NCBI RefSeq assembly: GCF_000219355.1 | Contig: NC_015722.1 | Location: 1,020,001 to 1,052,000 of the forward strand | Direction of reading: 5' to 3' | DNA: 32,000 bases | DNA from: Candidatus Midichloria mitochondrii IricVA | GTDB taxonomy: Bacteria > Pseudomonadota > Alphaproteobacteria > Rickettsiales > Midichloriaceae | Shown: one piece after another, positions 30,993-32,000 of the stretch | How positions within the stretch are numbered: position 1 is the stretch's first letter | Layout: every line of letters starts with the position of its first letter | Notes under the pieces: model-generated | What the model saw: only the letters and a program-made list of their open reading frames with translations | Told to the model about the DNA's origin: nothing | Databases searched by the model: none | Translations under genes and position numbers: made by a program

Positions 30993-32000
30993 ATGCAGAA
31001 TATAGCTTATAAAATAACAGGCGGAGAAAAAGTTAGCGGTAAAGTGACTTGCATGGGAGCAAAAAAATTTTGCAACCAAAGCCATGATAGCCTGTTTGCT
31101 ATCAAGAGAAATATCTACCTTGAATAATGTCCCAAGAATTGGAGATGTCGAAATTACGCAGAAACTTTTGGAATCAGCTGGAGCTCGTATCAGTTGGAAT
31201 GCACATAATTCCATAACTATAGACCCTGCGCCTCTACAAGAATCAAAAGTTGCGCTTCCAGATTCAAGAACAAATAGGATGCCAATTCTATTGCTTAGTG
31301 TGCTTTTACACCGATTCGGAACTGCAACTGTTCCAACAGTTGGAGGTGATGATATCGGTAAAAGAAATGTCGACTTTCATATAGACGCTATTCAAAAATT
31401 CGGAGCAGACGTAAAAAAAGAAGGTAATGTATATACTGCGGAAGTGAGGAATAAGCTCAAGGGTTGTCACATAACTTTACCTTACCCATCAGTTGGAGCC
31501 ACAGAAACCTGTTTATTTTTAGCCACACTCGCTGAAGGAACTAGCGTTATTAAGAATATTGCAATTGAGCCAGAGATTATCGCACTAATAACTATGTTAA
31601 GAGCGATGGGCGCTATTATATTTTTAGACTCAGGGAGGTGTATAACTGTACACGGTGTGCAGGAATTAGATGGCACTAATATTTATGTAATTGGAGATAG
31701 AATAGAGGCCGCCTCTTGGGCCTCACTCGCTTGCGCTTCAGGCGGGGAAATAGAGGTGTCTGGGGTAAAACCTGATCAACTTGGTAATTTTCTTTCATAC
31801 TACAACCAAGTTGGCGGCGGTTATAAATTGATTGATGCCGATACAATTAAATTCTATCGTCGGCATGAGTTAAAGCATGTCATTATTGAAACAGATGTTT
31901 ATCCAGGATTTTCAACAGATTGGCAGCAGCCTTTTTCAGTATTATTGACACAGGCTAACGGTATGTCTGTAATTCATGAAACTGTATATGAGCAACGATT
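30993..32000 (+). CDS. murA: UDP-N-acetylglucosamine 1-carboxyvinyltransferase MurA (3' end outside the window), +1 frameshift in an A7 run at codon 24
   Basis: ATG 30993 gives MQNIAYKITGGEKVSGKVTCMGAKKFCNQ... with a stop at 31125. Removing one A of 31061-31067 gives ...GAKNFATKAMIACLLSREISTLNNVPRIGDVEIT..., the canonical MurA N-terminus. That frame stays open to 32000 (…PYPSVGATETCLFLATLAEG…). Confidence 0.9.

Noticed and set aside
19879-31067. Transcriptional slippage as the primary explanation for the split housekeeping genes.
   Set aside because: The documented slippage-rescue tracts in insect endosymbionts are longer, as I recall roughly 9-10 or more A residues. The tracts here are only 5-7 nt (and G5 or A6T6). 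It is kept only as a minor alternative; sequencing error or real lesions are more likely.

Overview
AT-rich (by eye about one-third GC) chromosomal window. Gene content and order look like an obligate-intracellular alphaproteobacterium of the Rickettsiales. ccoG together with gap and pgk hints at a Midichloriaceae-like lineage, but that is inference only. About 80% of the window is housekeeping: queF (3' end), tyrS-lolC-nhaA-kefB, an SDR reductase, gyrB, a hemD-like gene, an Smr-domain gene, acpP-fabF-gap-pgk, htpG-aroK, ccoG-msbA-rne, secF and murA. Superimposed are clear signs of genome erosion and IS activity. (1) Two degraded IS1-family copies lie in direct orientation at 6612-7421 and 12195-13001, bracketing a udk pseudogene and gyrB. 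(2) A 3'-truncated IS982-family remnant sits at about 18400-19019, and a solo 60-bp copy of its terminus sits at 24181-24240. (3) Single-base homopolymer frameshifts split five otherwise well-conserved genes: murA, htpG, aroK, rne and msbA. (4) Two small accessory islets (19020-19731 and 22148-24630) hold orphan ORFs and perfect inverted repeats. I found no rRNA, tRNA, CRISPR array, prophage, or recognisable defence or toxin-antitoxin module. The most interesting candidate is a G8 tract 24 nt downstream of a strongly Shine-Dalgarno-preceded ATG at 23190. It separates that start from a 158-codon ORF for a two-TM membrane protein, which is classic contingency-locus (phase-variation) architecture. 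Because the other frameshifts also sit in homopolymers, and all but msbA are likewise +1 insertions, base-calling error cannot be excluded from sequence alone. I do not see convincing evidence for a multi-gene novel system.
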